A stretch of DNA of 64,000 nt from Amphiscolops sp. MND2022 (Eukaryota). Numbering within the stretch: the stretch's first letter is position 1; each line of letters begins with the position of its first letter. The DNA lies in NCBI GenBank assembly GCA_964187785.1, contig OZ076409.1, positions 50,532,001-50,596,000 on the forward strand, in the 5' to 3' direction. The notes beneath the pieces are model-generated. The model searched no databases. It saw only the letters and a program-made list of their open reading frames with translations, and was not told where the DNA came from. The position numbers and the translations under genes were made by a program. This document shows, one piece after another, positions 23,766 to 37,450 of this stretch.

Positions 23766-24750
23766 CCCGGGTCAACCCTTTTACTAGCATCTTGGCTGTC
23801 TTGGCAAGATCTTACCAACTTCTTACAACATCTTGGCGACCATCGAACCCGTGGCAAGATTCCTAATAAGATCTTACTAAGATTATACATTATTTCAAGA
23901 TCGTATCTGATTACGATGGACAAAATTCTAAGATTATAGAAAACACCATACCTTCGGTACGAACAACCGAGACTCAATCTAAAAGCTCAATTCACCCCAT
24001 ATTGACTGTTTATACTCGTTTTCATAATCAAAATGCTTAAACCTGCTGAAATAAATTTGCATGCAAAACTGTGCGAAAAATTACGATAACGCACTCATCT
24101 ATTCGTGCTATATCTATAACGTGCTATTCTGGCTTCCGAAACTCTGACGAGAATTCGAATAACTCCTCACCTGTTTAGGACAGAGAAATACAAATATACC
24201 AAATGAACGCTCATATCAAGGACTTTTGAAAACTTGTAACTTATCACTCCTGTCGATTCCAGAGACGGAGAAAAATGATCTCAAACGTCCAAAGCCACTA
24301 TCGGAAAGTAACACAGGGAACACTAAGAAATCCGGTAATTTTTTGTAAATTCATATCTGTTTTTCTTTGAGCCTGTTTCAGCAGCCGTATTACGTCCCGT
24401 TTTGGGAAATGATTCAGCTCGAGGCTTTTCTGACGCCGTTCTTGGCGGCAGTTTTGCAATTGAGAGAACAATTTAATCAGTGCATCCCTAAATGAACAAC
24501 ATAAGGACTCTTCAATCAAATTTTATATCTTGCAATTTTAATGTCTAACAATATAAATCTGCAAAAATTTTGATTTTTGTTGACTTCCTTTCAGATTTTT
24601 TTCTTGCCAAATAGGATTTTACAATAAAATTATTCTGGGAAACATGGCTCTTTTGATAAGATCTTACCATGACATCTTGCAATTCTTGGCAATATCTTGG
24701 CAAGATGTTGCCAAGATCTTACTAAGATTTCCATGGTGGGTCAACCCGGG
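23766..24750. mobile_element. MITE, same family as 5337-6351
   Basis: TIR CCCGGGTCAACCC / GGGTCAACCCGGG, TA TSD, collinear with 5337-6351. Confidence 0.82.
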
Positions 24751-27700
24751 TACAGTATTGTAATTAAGAAATCATCGCCCTATGCACTGAGCGTCATTAT
24801 CAACCAATTAAAGTTGCTTCTTTGCTCTCATTTTCAATTTTGATTGATGCATCAAGTGAAATCTCAGATTTTTCAAGAAAGAAGCCTTCAGTTTTTTTCT
24901 CAGTTCTTAACAGGTTTTTGAAATTATCGAAAAACAAAGAGGTTTGTCTGAAGCAAGAAAAAAACAAATTATCAATGTTTCCAAGGGTGAACTGAAGGAA
25001 TATGTAAGAAAATGCACGGTCTTGTCAAGAGTTTCGAGATAATTTGGACTTGGTAGTTGCTACCACATTCAATTTTAGTGGAAAGGTTATTCTTGAATGC
25101 ATCATTCACTCAGGCGATACGTTTTCGAAATTTCGCGTACGCTCAACAACATTTTACCAGATTACAACAAATAGGTTCGGGGTCTGAATGCAATATTTCA
25201 GAGCAACATCATTTCGAAAAAATCCAACTGTTGTATCATTCGTCAAAGTTGCTTTTGACAAAAGTTTACATATACGCAAGTAAGATTTCAAAACAAGTCG
25301 CCATTTGTTGTTTCTTTTAGACACTTTTTGTCTAATCTAAAGGAAAACTCCTGAAAGATTCTTCCCCTTACAGTTTCTAGCATAGTATGAAATTCTCTTC
25401 TATTTTTTCTCAGAGACGCGCCTATTCTACAGACTACATCTGCTATTTAGTGGCAGTTGAAGTATATCAGTGTAAAAATAATTTCCTTCGTTTCTATTTT
25501 TCTGGAACATCTCATTCCTGTGCATGTAGTGATTCAACAACATACTGTTGGAATCCTTGCGGAAAGGTTTAGATTTTCGAGTTCGTCTATGTTGACAAAT
25601 ATTGTGAATGCTCAACACTTTCATGTAGTTTGCAGCATCGCTTGAAACTTAGCAAGGATACGCGCATTTGTTATTAAAGCTTTTATAAATATGTTTAAAG
25701 TTATTAAAGTTTATGCTCGGAATACTTTTCTAATATCATTGTAATTTTCTGTGATGCAAGCATGTACTGGAAAAAGTTTCACGTGAAACAGTGTCACGTA
25801 AAAAATTGCTTTACCTACCATTCTCTAACGACTACAAGAGTGGCTTCAATATGCACTTTTTATGTTTTCGCTGCATTTGCGTTCCCAAATATGGACAGCA
25901 CATAATTTTTTGGCTTCATGATACAACACGTGTATTGACTACATTGATTGATTATAATTGATGAATTCTACAAAATTCATTCCGGGGTCAATCAACTTGA
26001 AATAGTTTTCAAACAATATGATTTAAAGATTTTAGCAAGAATAACCTGATCATACTTTCACAAGCCCCTGTTATCTTGTTTCAATACCTCTAAAACTCAT
26101 GAATAGTTCAAGCATTGGAAACAAAATCAATTTTCAGAGTAATCAAAACACGAGAAAATGTCAAAACTTTAAAACTTTTGTTTGTCAATCAATGTCATCA
26201 TTTCGAACGAAACCAAAATTAAGCCAGACGATAACAAGTCCACAATGGCAACCGTGTTGCGTCTTAAACACTGGAAGCTTGCAAATAGGAACTTCTGAAA
26301 TTTCGTGGAAAATAAGTTGGAGAAACTCTGACTACGGGATTGCAAAATTTTTTATTTGTATCTGGTTGGTTACCAACTTGTTTCGACTGCGTTTGGAATA
26401 ACGAGGTTGTTTTTTCTTCTAGGTTTCTAAAGATTTCTTTGTTGGGTATACGCCGCGGCGTAGAAGTTATATATGAGCAAGCATTCGATCAATGAGCCCA
26501 AATTTTTTGAATATTACACACTACATGCCTTCATGCTACAAAGGCTTATGAACCTTGAATGTTGTGAGCATTCATAATGACTGTGGTATTTATCGAGAGT
26601 TATTTTTCAAAAACGTATCCGTTTTGTTGTTTCAGGCCTAGCCGAAGGTTGAATATGAAAGAAGCTGGTATTTTAAACCTCTTTGAAGTTTTAAACACCA
26701 AGAGTCACAATTGAAAATATTTCGCTTTAAAAACATTGTTTGTTCAGTCAGTAATTAGAGACTGCGACTCGTTTAGCAATTGGTTTCTGAAAAATTTCTC
26801 CACCTTTGGTAAACTGTCTTGATTTACCAAACTGACTTTTACCAACTGACAACCAAACTGATGTGATATTGTTTTCAGTCGGCGCTTTTTGTACAAAAAG
26901 TGCTCGATTCTTATAGTGGCAAGCTTTGTTCGTCAGACCTCAGACCTCACACTTTATGGTTCACTTTTTACGGACGTTACGGCTAAGTTCTAAAAAGTAA
27001 CCAAGGAAGCTGAAAGGAACTCATTTTGAATTTTTCATAGTATCTAACATATCCTCTAAACCAGTCACTTTCAGGGTTTTTCGCCACTGTGCGACTTTTC
27101 CGAAAAATTTTTGTATAACAACAATGTTTGCCAATTTTGCTTTTTTTGATGTTGTCAGTTAGAAAAAATCATTTTCCGAAAACGATAGGTTCTTTTTTTG
27201 TATTTTCGGCAGTCTTATATTGGTGAGATTCTCCGTAAAAAATCATATGTAGATTTTAAAACTCTGCGCCTATTGAGCCTTGAACGGCGCGCCGACTTAA
27301 GACATCTCGTCTTGTTCAAGATTATCTGAAAAGAAACTTGATACCCAACTATTAACGTAATCGTTCATGTCTCAGCAGTGCTGGTAATGAAAAATTAGCA
27401 GGAGTGATAATCAAAATAGTTTAAAAGAGGTATGAGTCTAATGCTGGTTTTCTGTAAGATCGCAGTTTCGGTAATGGACAAGAGTTTACTTCATCAACTC
27501 TGCAAAGTGGACGCCAAAAAAGTTTTGCTTTTCTTAGTCGGCGCCTTGTTGGATATTATCCTCTCTTGTGCTATATTTGCAATCAAGTGGTCAAGCAATG
27601 GTCTGCCTAAAGCTGTAGTTCTAATTTGACTGCTCAATGTCATCAATATACCGTTGATCACTGACAGTGATTCACTGTAATATTTTGATTTTGCTTTCTC

Positions 27701-29985
27701 TGCCAAATACGTTGCTTGTAGTCAATACATTCTAAAAGAAATGTGCACGACCATTACTGTGGTACAGTGACCAATGGTTATCTTCCGCCCCTGCTAATTA
27801 TTGCGTAGGGGGAGAAAATCACTTTCTATGTAGCGTTTTTTTTTACAAATTCAGCCAAATCTCCACTTCATTACTCCATTTAGAATGTGGATATTTCAGT
27901 CACCTTCGCCCAGTTGGTAGTGTGTTCCCCTGGCAGACAGGAGGTTCGAACACGGGTTGGGGCCTGAAGTTTTTGTAGCGGGAAATATCCCGTGCTTTGC
28001 GGGTGTCATGTTGTTCACAAAATATTTCTGATTGCTCAATCTTTTAGAGACGTCTGGCTTGAAATCTAAACAATTCCGAAAAGGTAAAAAAATTCCGTCT
28101 TTTTTAAATATATTTCACTGAATCGTACTAAATTGGAATGAAAATCGACCCAATCAACCAGACCCCATTTGGGATTTTTGGGCATTTTGCATTTTTATAG
28201 AGTTTTTCAATTTCACTGTAGGGTTCCGTTTTGTTCTTTTTTGGATATTTTGATTTGGAAAAAATTTTGAATGTTTTTCATGAACGAACGATTTTCCAAT
28301 TTTTCTTATGAGTTTGTTCGCTATACTAGTTTCAACCTTGATGAATGACTTTTCCTAATACATTGCTGAGCCTTAAGTGAAAAATGTATGTTTTTCTTAA
28401 GGTAACAGTATACGGAGAATATTGCATTGTATCTGCGCTTCTTGTTTCCATCTAAGTTTCCAGATCATCTTTTTAGGGAAAAATCTTTCCAATCTGATTT
28501 TCTCTGATGAACCGAGATCTAAATTTACTTGGGACCTTGAGTTATTCTTCGATAATTTTGAAAAGCTTTACATAAAAAATTTTCGGAACATAAAAGTACC
28601 TGTTTTCAACGCCCTTTTCTTTTGAACTCAAAGTGTCACATTAGCAGTCAGCTCTTTAAATGATGAAATCCGAAAATTTTGAGCGCTTCTTTCTTATAAT
28701 TTCGCCCTGTACACTGAGGATGAAAATTCCAAAAAAGCTGAAAATTAGCTAAGTGACATTAAAAATCAATAAATCCTAAAACATTTTTCAATTTTGTCAG
28801 GCAAATTTCTCATTCATGAAAGAAATTTTTTCCTGCAAATTGATTGTAGCTTGTATCTGTTATGCAATTCATTGATGTCTGAAAATCCCCTATTACACTT
28901 TTTGAAGTTTACAGCAGACTCAACAGCTTTGTTAGCGATCATCAATTGTAATCGACACCTTCGAAAGATGAGGAGACAGGCAAGCGTTATTCAAATTCAC
29001 GTATTGCTTGCCAAACGCCAGTAAAAACTAAACTTTCCAATCGCGAGAATTGAAAATTTTCTGGAATTACTTCTGACATAGAGTTAACCAATGAATGCAA
29101 AATTCTTGTGAAAAAATTTAAGAGCATGGTATTTTAATATAGATCAAAAACCAAACTTCATGTTTTCGAAAGATTAACTACGTGGTATACATTTGCAAGA
29201 TTTGGTACGTGGGCATGTTATTGTCTGTGAATGGCTTTGTGTTGATTGCAATAATGGATCATACATGTGTATATACATATGCATAATACATATGTGTCAT
29301 ACATATGTATTTATCATAATTATATATACGACATGGACCATCAATTTCAAGTTTTCTTCTCAGACATTTTTGCTACACTCTGTTTTTTTTACAGAATCGA
29401 ATTTGTTGATGTACATAAACAATTTTTGACGAAAGTTCCACATAATATTCTTCAAAGAAACAAGGATTTCAAAAATCAGCTAATTGTTCTATTCTAATAA
29501 AAAAATACTTGATTGAAATTACTATAATTCAAGTACCTTTATGCATCCAAAAGCACCTGACACATGCATCGCAGCTTTTGACTACAATTCAATATTTCCA
29601 ATAATGATTAATGAGGACCAAAATTCTTCAAGTCTTGAGGCAAATTAATATTGAATTTTACATCTACTGTCCATCTCAAATCGTGTCTTTCATGGACATT
29701 ACTAAGGAAAATAAAATTTAGGCAGCAAATGGCGGAAAAAATACTATTAAGGGGAAGAAAAAGCGGAATAAAAAAGTTACGTTTTTAGCAACTTTAATGC
29801 TATCCAAAAACCAATGTGCAAGTCAGAATTATGTATCTCTTAGAAAATTTGTGAAGTTTTTTTATTTAAAAACAAGGCAAAGAGTACAAAACGCCCCCTA
29901 AGCACCGGAATATTTCCGCTAAAAATGTAACGCATCAGCACGGGTCTGCTAGGAAGTCGCACTATCAACTGAGCCAAAGTAACTA

Positions 29986-30763
29986 CCCAGTGTCCGAAGC
30001 CCTGAAACGCTTGCCATGATCATGATTATTCTTGCTAAAACATGGTTAACCGTGGTCCCTTTGTCAAGATCATGGCAAATCATGATACATGGAATACTTG
30101 TCAAGCTCATGGCAAGATTATGGCATGGCAAGATAACCATGGTAAGACATGTGAGATGCTTTTAATTGTATGATTTTTTCTTTTCACAAAAATTTCTTGT
30201 CGTCTCCAATTTCTGAATAAGCCGTTGTGATAACTTCGGACATAACCTTTATTTATCGAAAAAAGTTTTTTAAGTGAAAAGTATTCAACACTTCTCAATA
30301 ATTTGCACCTATTGACCTAGTTTTGGTACTTGCGAGCACGGCTATGTTACTACTATCATAATTTATTATACAAAACAAACTCCACATCAAGTTATTGCAA
30401 CTCGCGGGTTTGCGATATCGGCGTGAAAACCATCTTTTCTAGCTATGATTTGTTAATATTGCTGATAACTCACCTATTGATGTAACGTGTTAAAATTACT
30501 GAAGTTCAAGAATGCAATAGAAACTAGTGCAATAAAAATATATAGAATTAGAAAATAAGAGTTACCAAACAAAACGAATTTGGTGGGGTGGAACCCTTGT
30601 CAAGAACATGGTTAATCTTGGCATCCTTGCCAAGCTCGTGGTTAGCCTTTGCACAATCTTGCATGGTCATGGTATCGTTGCCAAGATCATGGCAAGATCT
30701 TGGCAAGGCTAGCAAGGAACTTGCCTGGATCTTGGCATGGATAACATGGCTTCGAACACTGGG
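29986..30763. mobile_element. Related MITE with CCC...GGG termini and TA TSD
   Basis: TIR CCCAGTGTCCGAAGCC / GGCTTCGAACACTGGG, TA on both sides, CAAGATCATGG-type subterminal repeats. Confidence 0.78.
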
Positions 30764-31185
30764 TAAAGTAGGTACTGGGTAAAGTAGGTACTAGCTGGAG
30801 TGGATGGAGATCGTGAAGATTTGGCAGAATTGGTAGACAAAACGCAACACAGATTATGATTTTCATCCCCCATTAACAAAAATATTTGTGACGGCGAAAA
30901 ATAACAACATTTTGCCGATTTTGTTTAGAAAATGTGCCAAATTTCCCAACTATATAGCCACCTATCTCAAAAATAAATCTCTGAAACATTATTCAAAAAG
31001 GACCCAAAATTGGACGAAATAGACGGAAAGGCAGATTTAGGTGCCACCTAATTGTTACTTCTCTAATAATTGTGCAACTTACACAGCACAGCTTTGACTA
31101 GATTTTCATTCATAGTTGACAAAATGTTTTTAAATGGTAACATTCATATATGAATGAAATATGATACGAAACCTGGCAAATATTT

Positions 31186-31677
31186 AAACAAGCTGGGAAC
31201 GTCCCAATTCGGCGCTATATTTAAGGCGCAAAAGTAGCAAAAGGAGTTCAAAGTGTCAAGTATTCTTTTCTACAGTACCCAAATGATGAACATTTTTTTG
31301 AAATCTCCGGTAAGTCGCATAGTGCCGAAAAATGTAAAATGGTGCCTCTGAGGTTTTGTGAACATCCATTCGTTTCTCAAAATAGAAAAAAAATGAAAGG
31401 GACCCTTTGGAGACAGTAAAAAAATTTGCGAAAAAAAGTCTCACATTTCCGAAATAACATGCACAAAAAAACTTTGGTCAAGGGCGAGATTTGAACCCAC
31501 GTCCTTCTGTTTAGCACACCTCAAAAATTTTAATTCACCTCTGTGCACAACTTACCTTAGTGTGGCAGTTAAAAGAAGCCAGCTTATAAAGCTTATATAA
31601 AATCTGTCACTATTTGATCTTAAAAATTTTTTTTAAAAATAAAGAAAAGTCTCTACGAAAAGCGCCGACTATAAAAT
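31186..31677 (+). mobile_element. Copy of a dispersed AACAAG...AGCGCCGACTAAAA repeat family (DINE-1/HINE-like) with an internal tRNA-like B box
   Basis: 5' AACAAGxxGGGAACG..TCGGCGC..ATAT.TAAGGC.CAAAA and 3' AAAAGCGCCGACT form an inverted subterminal pair. Related ends at ~6965, 7295, 26875-27316, 40366, 40797-41144 and 48690-48733. GGTTCAAATC on minus at ~31490. Confidence 0.55.
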
Positions 31678-34625
31678 CAAACATTGCTACCATAAGGCAA
31701 GGAAAGTACATTAGAACTCACAACCACGTTTCGAAGAACTTGCTCGGTTTGATACTTTTGGATTAGTTTTCTTGTCGGTATGAACATATGCTTGAAATGC
31801 GATAAATCTCAAGTATACACAAAGCGCGTTGTAAATTAAAGCTAACTATGAATGACGTAAACTTAGGTTTAACATCTGCTTAATGTTTACTACGCGCCAA
31901 ACCCCCGGAATTGACCAGAAGCTGAAACTCAATGGAGACCCTAATGTTTGCTTCTATAAGAAGAACGTTTGTTTCTCCAATTTCTGCTTCTCTAAGTCGG
32001 CGCCATTTTTGGATTGTATTTCTCCATGAGAAGCTACTGTTCCATATTTGCTGGAAAGTGGTCTGGCACTGGCCGGTTTGAAGCTGTGGTTTGAAATCTA
32101 TTCTCTCATGTTCACAAAGATGTGACTGCTAGCCGTTACTTTTTAATTTGTTTTTCTCTGCCAAATGTTCTCTGTGGAGATCATACCACTAAGCTAGAGT
32201 TGAATGACTTATTAGAGGCTCAACAATGAAGAGTGGAGAGAGATTCAAACCTGGTGTACAACTACACCATGCTCCCTTACTGCCTAGTTGCAAAAATCAA
32301 TACATGAAAAACGACCTTTTCAGAACATGAATGCTTTCACAAAACTAGCAAAAGGGGATCTTTTTGTTCTCCTAACGTTTAGGCAGCCTAAAATTCTGAA
32401 ATACTGGCGTTACTAAAAAAGGATCTGCAGATGCTTTAAAAATGTACAAGAGATAACTGTGAAAGGTGAACCATTCAGCGCGAAGTCTGTGTTATTGAAA
32501 AAAATAGTGGCTGTATTGAGGAGAAGCTTTTTTATTTTATAACATGTTTGAAAACAAGCGCATGGTGATGTTTTCATAAACGAGAATCTGAATAAAAAAT
32601 GCTATGAAGAAAAATGTTTCTAAAAGAAAAAATACCAAGAACCATTGGAGCAAGTTTAAATCAATTTACTTTTGTTGATAGCTATAGCTATTAGTATATT
32701 AATGATAGCTAGCGGAAAAAATTTTATTGTAATGATTGTTTGATTCCACAGATGATTTGAAAGATTGAATGAAGCGCTATATTTTTGTTTTCGGAAGATC
32801 GATTTTGCAAAAAAAGGTTTTCACTCGATATTGAAACCAACTGATAAACTGCAGTCAAATCACAAAAAGATTGCACTTTCTCCCATTTTTACTTCACTGC
32901 CAAAGCTGATTTATTTGTGCTGTTAAAATTGGAAAATGTCATTAAAAGCGTACCAAACACATTTGAACCAAAAACAAATTTTTAGCGGGACTGTTGTTAG
33001 TTTCACGGGTTCATTGGTTTGACTGACATCTAATGCAAGGAGCGCCCTCAAACAGCGTCATAAATTTTATAATTTGGTGGTGGTTTATGCATGTCAACGT
33101 TAGACATTTCAGTGGAAAAGCCGAGAACACTTTTACTGAGAGTGTTTGTAAAAGAAAAGCAGCGCTTCATTAATGAGGAGAAAGTGAAATTAAGCTAGCT
33201 TTATTAAAAAACCGTTGAACAGCTTGAATACAATTAAACCCCCTCTTAGCATTTTTAATATGATTCTACGCCATCGAAATTTCCACCAACTTGAGTAGAA
33301 AAATTATAAAAAAAACTTTAACAAAAGGTAGCTTTTTGAATTTATTACTCGATACAATTAATATGCCTCCATGGATAAATCCCTCCATTAATAAATGCAT
33401 TTATTAATCTGTAAAATATTTACATGAAACTTCCGTTCGTTCATATTTTATGGTAATCATAATTGCTAATGATATTTTTAATTCTCAGATTTAGCTTGTT
33501 AGCAGTAGAAGCTGATTTTGCTGTTTTCAAGTTTTTCAGCTCAGAGCCCAATATTTCTTGCTTGGCAATAATATATAGATTGTAAACAAGCTACTTGTTT
33601 TTTTTTCTAAAATTTTTCCTTGATTTATTAACACGACTGAAATACGTTTCCGTCGGTTTCATTAAATGTTGTTGCATTATCTCGAAGCTGTTTTAGTGTC
33701 GTTTTACAGAAATGTGTTTTTAAAGCTTCAAATACATACTTCGGAGCGTTTCAGAAAAATGTACCCAAGTCTCTCTTATGATTAAAAAAAATTACAAAAA
33801 AGAATTTAAAGGGAAAAAACTGATGGAGAAATTATGAATTAAAAACTGAACGGTGTACTTTGTGCTATAGTTAACTTTACGCTTGAATTTTTTATATAAT
33901 TTTATGCAAACTTATAAAATAGAATATAATAACTTTAAGTCGGTTATCATGCATCATATACTTGATTGCATGGCTTGAAAAACACCTAAAGGAAAATTAA
34001 ATTTGTTGAAACTCGAAAGTCTTTTCGAACAGAATGTTGGGAATAAAAGTGTCTTCATTGAATAACTCAGAATCCAGAGCTGTTCCAGCCTCTCCAAAAT
34101 TAGGTAAAATTTAAGAGCCTGTTTGATCTGAATTTGAAAATGACATCTTCGATTGCGCTTCAGTATGCAAAAGGCAATAATGTTCAAAATGGATGTTCAT
34201 AATCAGGCGAATTACCATGCATTAGAAATGTAACATAGAAGTTTTAGATATGACTGTAGTTGCAAGAACAGTTAATGATTAAAGGTCTGGTTTCATCTGA
34301 TAAGCCACGGAATAAAAAGTAATAAAAACCAGAAATTGTTTCTTGGACTCCCGGTGCACGTCAATTATGTCCTACATGTAACTCAATGCTCATCAGAAAG
34401 CAATTGAGACTCTATTTTTCCTTGAAAACAGTAACTGCATTGGATCAGAACGATGGGAAGTCTGTAATGTAATAACTTCGAGGTATTTGACTCATTGTTC
34501 AAATGACAGCTTCATTAATCTTTCGAGTACTCCAGTGGTTTTTTCGTCTTTAGATGGATGTTTTCCAGCAGCGTTGAAGACCTGACATCCCTTAGATTGA
34601 CTAAAAATCAAGTTATATCCTAAGT

Positions 34626-34722
34626 AAAAAATAATTTGGCCTTTCCCCATAACATATACTTCAATTACTATAGACTATAGTAATTGAAATATATGCTATG
34701 GGGAAAGGCAAAAATTATTTTT
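34626..34722. repeat. Imperfect ~97-bp palindrome
   Basis: ~48-bp arms with a few mismatches, centre CTATAG-A-CTATAG at 34674. Confidence 0.85.
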
Positions 34723-36718
34723 TATAAACTCGCCAAACATTTTATAGTTTATAAACTCGCCAAACATGCTCTTCTGTTTCTGTCCTAGTTCAGCTATGAC
34801 AAACGAAAGCCCGAAAGCCAAGCACGATGCTTTGAAAATGAGTATCTCCATTCAAACTGTGAAACAAATGCAAGCAAAGAACTATATTAAATTAACTTGA
34901 GTGTCCATCAGGCTTAATCAGAGGTGTACATTCAAATGGAAAATGATTTGTTATTACTGATGTTGGCAACTGTTACATATACGAAGTCTACCCAGAAACA
35001 ACCTCAGGCTTATCAAGTTGCCCTTGCAATACTCTAAATAAAGAGACATTATCATTTCCTGTTCGCCAACTCAAGAGAGTTTGTCATATCAAGAACCTTA
35101 CCATGTTCATGTTATTATAATAACATATTGTGCATTACTATAGTGCTAATCATCTTCCAAGAGAATTTTATAACCGTTTGCTTACCTGTGGTATGCCTTG
35201 GTAAGCCTAGGCTATTAACGAAACTTTCAAGGTTTTTGTACAATAATACAAAAACCGTGCTTCCATCAAGACTCTATTGTCTATTGTTTGGCACGCTAGT
35301 ATTTCAGCCGTGCTATCTGAGCTTGAAACCTGATTGTTTCGACTGGGTTGTACTTGCTCTCCAAAATGGCCTACACGAGGACTCCAAGATATGCGTTGAC
35401 GAAATGCCTCCTAAATATAACGCGTCCCATAATAAAGGTTTCCGACTCAAGTGCTGCACATTGCAACTAAAAATCGATGCTTGCTAGCTAAAGAAAATTT
35501 GGATTCGAAATTTGTCATCGATGGTGGGAAAACTCACTTATGACGCAAATTTGTCTTCAATGGTGGCCATTTGTTGCCCATGTATGGCCAACGGTTGTCC
35601 AAAGGTCAGCAACAGATTTTACAGTATTCGGTCTATTGCAAATCTTTCCCGCTACCCGGTTCGTTGAAAAACAATATGTATTTAAGCCATCTTGTTTGCA
35701 TGTGAAGAAAATTGATCCTTTGACTTCACCTGTTGATAAGCCAGGAGTAGTATATTTTTGTGGAAGTACCCGGTACGTTTTATCGCTATTGCGAAAATAA
35801 CGAAGTATCTTTGATTTTTGATGCGTGCGTAAACTTCTGGAACTAGAAAAGAGTTTTGAAAAATCGAAGCGTTTTTTGGATTGATTTTAGCAGGTGTTGA
35901 AGCTAGCATGATTTATCAAAAATTACATTATCAGCCCATTCTAATCCTGAATTACACGTGGTACAATTGGTATCTTCTATACAGAGAAAGTTCTTCATTT
36001 TGAAATGGGACTTTCCTTCTGAGTTATTCAAGAAACGCTGCCTTCATGTCTAAATTTTTGGAAAAGACAAAAATGGCGGTTTCAATTTTTCGCTTCATTC
36101 ACATATGTATCATATGTTTGTCATAACGACGAAACCAATAGTATTTCAAGGACTTTTAGCTGACTAATTTTGTACACGAAACAGCGGGAAATAATCTAGT
36201 ATCTTTTTCCTATAACAAATCTTGTGAATTTTTTCGAAGATGGATGATGATTCGATAGCTCATTCCTCTTTGGTTTTGGACAAAGTGGTGGTTGCTTAAG
36301 TTAGTTCTTGGATCGCTCTTGACCCAAAACGGTTATTCAGACATTCGTAGTTCAGTTCCAGTCCCAAGGACCTACTGTCACAACGTACATTAGTTGTATC
36401 CATGAGATTGACTAAGGATTCCTGAATCTGTGGAATGACTCTCTCATGTATCGCTGGGTAAAAAAACTTTCTGTATTTGGAGGTCTAACGCGTCCCTTAT
36501 CACATCGAGTATCTGCGATATTTAATTTTTCATTTCTTCAGTTGGGATTGCTATGTTTTTCATAAATCTCTCACTATTTTCTTCGCAAGTTGTATTAATC
36601 ATCGATCAAAACTCTTTTATATTCGATATATTGGACTCTAAGTCGGTATCAATTTCCCCTGTTATCTAACTTTTCTAGATTCAGTTCTATTACACTTTTT
36701 AATTGAACGTCCATGTTT

Positions 36719-37450
36719 TGTAACGGCACATTCTGGTACAGCAGATTCAGTCGATATTGGAATTTAGATTTTGGACATGTCCGGAAAATTTTAAAAAATT
36801 CTAATTCGTTCTTTGACGTGGCACTGAGCATGTGATTGATCTTTTCGCAGTTTCTACGAAATTGGCAGGTACTTCGACAACAAAGAGCAAGCACGAGCAA
36901 AAACATGAGGGCAGCCGCCAGAACAGACGCCAGAGACTGCAAAAAACCTCTGGAATAGACTCTTTTACAGCTGCTAACCTTGATTTCAGCAGTATGTAGC
37001 GAAAACCGTAAAGATGAGTTTTTCTGTCTAATTCACGAATCTGTGTCTGTGGTGCGAGCTGAATGTGGACATTGCCAAATAAATGTTATCAACGCGATTG
37101 TTGCATTTTGTTGTGATTTTTTGGCTACATAGCAGTTTTGGATATTATTCTCCAAGTCACCCTGAAAGGCAAAATTTACATTTATACTTCCTTTTGGATC
37201 GTTTTTAAAGGCTGTCTAAGCGGTAGTTTTGAAGACAAAGTTAAATTCACGTTACTGACAGCAATTAAAGACAGGATAAAGCTGGCGAGGGCTCCTTAAG
37301 AGACGACTACCCCCTCCTGACGGGACAACTTTTACCCAAGAGGCAAAATGGGCCTATGGCTATGGGCGCCTGTCCCGGGCAATTACCCATATAATAGGTT
37401 CCTCCATCTCTATGATGGAACAGCGACAATGGTGAGAGCTTGTCGTTACA
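36719..37450 (+). mobile_element. Diverged solo LTR related to families A and B
   Basis: TGTAAC...GTTACA, 732 bp. The left part aligns to the family A U3 end and the right end matches the family B U5 end. Flanks GTTT/TTTT. No PBS or PPT. Confidence 0.85.

Larger units (their letters stand above)
16176..23953 (+). repeat. 3889-bp tandem duplication (units 16176-20064 and 20065-23953)
   Basis: Near-identical sequence and ORF sets offset by exactly 3889 bp (e.g. 17697/21586, 18611/22500). Junction ACCT|ACAGT at 20064/20065. Confidence 0.95.

Noticed and set aside
27494..27706. LINE endonuclease remnant (RTT...LLDHLIAN)
   Set aside because: A single weak motif with no supporting neighbouring motifs.
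27900..27970. tRNA gene
   Set aside because: A-box- and B-box-like words are present but there is no complete cloverleaf. More likely a decayed SINE head.
37318..37392. HDV-like or hammerhead ribozyme in the LTR
   Set aside because: There is no P3/L3 between P2 and P1, and no CUGANGA/GAAA core. Kept only as an unassigned structure.
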